DNA of 64,000 bases from Stenotrophomonas sp. (GTDB lineage Bacteria > Pseudomonadota > Gammaproteobacteria > Xanthomonadales > Xanthomonadaceae), in contig DALZZL010000001.1 in the NCBI GenBank assembly GCA_031987425.1, forward strand, positions 9,820 to 73,819. The letters are read 5' to 3'. Below the pieces are notes generated by a model that saw nothing but the letters and a program-made list of their open reading frames with translations, searched no databases and was not told the origin of the DNA. Shown in pieces: positions 63,401 to 64,000 of this stretch (positions are counted from its first letter, which is position 1; the number at the start of each line of letters is the position of its first letter). Made by a program: the position numbers and the translations under genes.

Positions 63401-64000
63401 ATGTATCCGATTTCGGATACGCTGGCCTATGGGACGCCGCTGGCGCAGGAGTATCGGTTCGAGCGCGATGCGGAAGGAAGGATGACCGCACGGATCGATC
63501 CGATCGGGCGGCGGACGGAGTATGAGTACGATGGTTTTGGGCAACTCGTGGGGACCACCGTCCTGGCCGGAACCAGCCGAGCAGTCGAGACGAGAATCGC
63601 CTATACCGTGGAAGGCCAGGTGGCGTCGCTCACCGATCCGCTCAACCGCACCGTAACGCTGGAGTATGCCCAGGGCTGCCTGTCACGCGTCACCAATGCG
63701 CTGGGCAAGGCGAGTACGTTCACCTGCACATCTTCTGGCCTCCCGGAATCGGTAACCGACCCGCTATCCAATACCAGCGTGTCCTACTACGTCGGCGCGG
63801 ATCTGGTGACCCTAAGCGACCCTCTCGGGCGCGACATCAGCTTTCGCTACGACGCCCTCGGGCGTCAGGTCGCCGCGCAAGGGCCCGATGGCCAAATGGC
63901 GCGTGCCGAGTACAACAGCCAAAACCAACTCGTGAAAAACGTCGGCCCGGACGGAGGAACCAGCGAGCTGGCCTACGATGCCAACGGTAATATGACCGAC
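60434..64000 (+). CDS. Sec-signal RHS/YD-repeat protein with teneurin-like N-terminal domains (partial, 3' end outside the window)
   Basis: An open frame of 1189 codons with no stop runs from the ATG at 60434 to the window end. It is therefore missing from the ORF track. GGAG lies 7 nt upstream. Signal peptide MASKRKGWMSVTAGLLLGLVAAAAAS. Kelch-like repeats (LLPDGRVLVWGGRD, VLTDGRVLFAGGVG). Ig-like segment (NARLAIRFSEPV...TFTLFG). CarboxypepD_reg/TTR-like segment (LTGSIRRADGQPVAGVAVNV...NAEGQFLIYDVPSG). RHS core entry GDPIDLKTGRFTYQETDIAISDVVPITVGRNYRPSD at 62516, then many YD repeats (DRFGNRVDYVYDAGRV, WRYEYNAQGLL, RTEYEYDGFGQL, ISFRYDALGRQV). An alternative in-frame ATG lies at 60398. Confidence 0.9.
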   Translation, partial: MASKRKGWMSVTAGLLLGLVAAAAASNHVSIPTSGQSSEGGQLTEARAARAVPGTERYLRLQGDQTIYLSSNGTELRLQTSAKSNRGRSWLLPTVRRNASLTLLPDGRVLVWGGRDAAGNMQAGGLWFDPELRALDPADRLPMSARSDHTATVLTDGRVLFAGGVGNPHAYELWNPDTGLWNAVGEGMAPASGHRAVLQADGQVRLLGAGRARVGGREDLLFNPEGDVVVAATDTRGKTVPLGLAGSVPEQGANNVAINARLAIRFSEPVRLSDLNEATFTLFGPGGAAPVRVVAVEDGRLAFVTPRRELFPDAAYTLMVDGVTSQSGERLPLITLDFRTAAIAAPQSALGADKSTSSGGQSVDLAGKEGYCGTKLRTLVLCQEQGEMRDGVWTPGKDNAGENWRVPGRQPELMPLGFMPELFKAWGKAALTGSIRRADGQPVAGVAVNVGDSFGKTNAEGQFLIYDVPSGRQKLYVDGTAANGPGVEYGQFVIGVDVQPGALTQVPFTMWLPRITARDKIRIPSPTTEDMVLKHPDLPGMELHIPAGTVIRDHKGKIVTEVAIVPTPVNRSPYPLPTNFPMYFTLQPGGAVLQGLTPEAGRGARVYYPNYDHHPAGTAADFWLYDAMEGWRVYGQGRVNDAETQFVPEDGVALREVVTFGAAVSPSDPAPEEGKPPEPQECGECNAGTGNSASAGDPIDLKTGRFTYQETDIAISDVVPITVGRNYRPSDRVKREFGYGTAADFAYRLSMNGTSYSELQLVLPNGSPLVFKQISGTGAYGVWRYDGKQAISGATLYSDNVDGYKYYLRLRDGSQMVFEPHSPNRLLWSQDRFGNRVDYVYDAGRVSRIISPNSRYIDLDYDTQNRIISAKDMLGSTWRYEYNAQGLLAKVIYPDETFRRYEYQSWGSSSTLRHRLSAIFDQRGNRVLLNEYEQTGTGAATTTTGRVIRQTLADGAVYQIQYDHIDGSTTGTLVTHPDGSQRRVVFGDGMYPISDTLAYGTPLAQEYRFERDAEGRMTARIDPIGRRTEYEYDGFGQLVGTTVLAGTSRAVETRIAYTVEGQVASLTDPLNRTVTLEYAQGCLSRVTNALGKASTFTCTSSGLPESVTDPLSNTSVSYYVGADLVTLSDPLGRDISFRYDALGRQVAAQGPDGQMARAEYNSQNQLVKNVGPDGGTSELAYDANGNMTD

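Larger units (their letters stand above)
52850..64000. other. Lower-GC accessory block (candidate horizontally acquired island, right end outside the window)
   Basis: Hand counts of sampled 60-nt lines give 47% (53161), 50% (57001) and 60% (59101) GC, versus 73% for a core line (20401). Codon usage shifts to more GGG, AGT, TTG and ATA. No integrase, tRNA or direct repeats seen at the left border. Confidence 0.5.

Overview
This is a 64-kb chromosomal segment from a high-GC Gram-negative bacterium. It is probably Xanthomonadales/Lysobacterales-like. That is an inference from a Xanthomonas-type xylan utilisation locus with xyl-box-like operators, several TonB-dependent receptors, and REP-like TGTAGGAGCGGCTTCAGCCGCGAC palindromes. 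I call about 50 protein-coding genes. I found no rRNA, tRNA, CRISPR array, transposase or integrase. Many long ORFs in the supplied track are antisense or out-of-frame shadows typical of high-GC DNA, and many true genes start downstream of the listed ORF start. Starts were re-derived by hand from ATG/GTG position, Shine-Dalgarno sequences and N-terminal features.

Layout of the window:
- 0.1-4.6 kb: redox and housekeeping genes (DsbA-like, peroxiredoxin, flavin monooxygenase, MFS transporter, alpha/beta hydrolase).
- 4.7-10.3 kb: a FixL/FixJ-like two-component operon with an extra receiver gene, divergent from a dps / sensor-less histidine kinase / bicupin operon.
- 10.6-14.9 kb: an unusual module with a membrane-anchored CHAT (caspase-like) protease, a Tat-signal amidohydrolase-fold protein and a tiny Trp-rich membrane protein.
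- 14.9-17.3 kb: O-methyltransferase, TetR regulator and an HPP protein.
- 17.4-32.7 kb: xylan/hexuronate utilisation locus (GH10, GH2, uxaC, ExuT-like transporter, TonB-dependent receptor, GPH symporter, two GH43 enzymes, aldose epimerase).
- 32.9-52.8 kb: poxB, a CorA/ZntB-like transporter, an M14 peptidase, a LysR-controlled VOC/SRPBCC/OYE operon, TetR, AraC and SDR genes, a siderophore-type receptor, a TetR-MFP-RND efflux operon, an arylsulfatase and MarC.
- 52.85 kb to the window end: a visibly lower-GC block. It contains a lipoprotein, a lipoprotein di-haem cytochrome c peroxidase, a 1851-aa secreted protein (one YD repeat, two IPT/TIG domains, about 15 PPC-like beta-sandwich domains), and a Sec-signal RHS/YD-repeat protein with teneurin-like domain order that runs off the window.

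The RHS ORF is absent from the supplied ORF track because it has no stop codon inside the window. The best candidates for an undescribed system are this RHS/giant-repeat-protein locus and the CHAT-amidohydrolase module. All domain calls come from reading motifs by eye. No database search was run.
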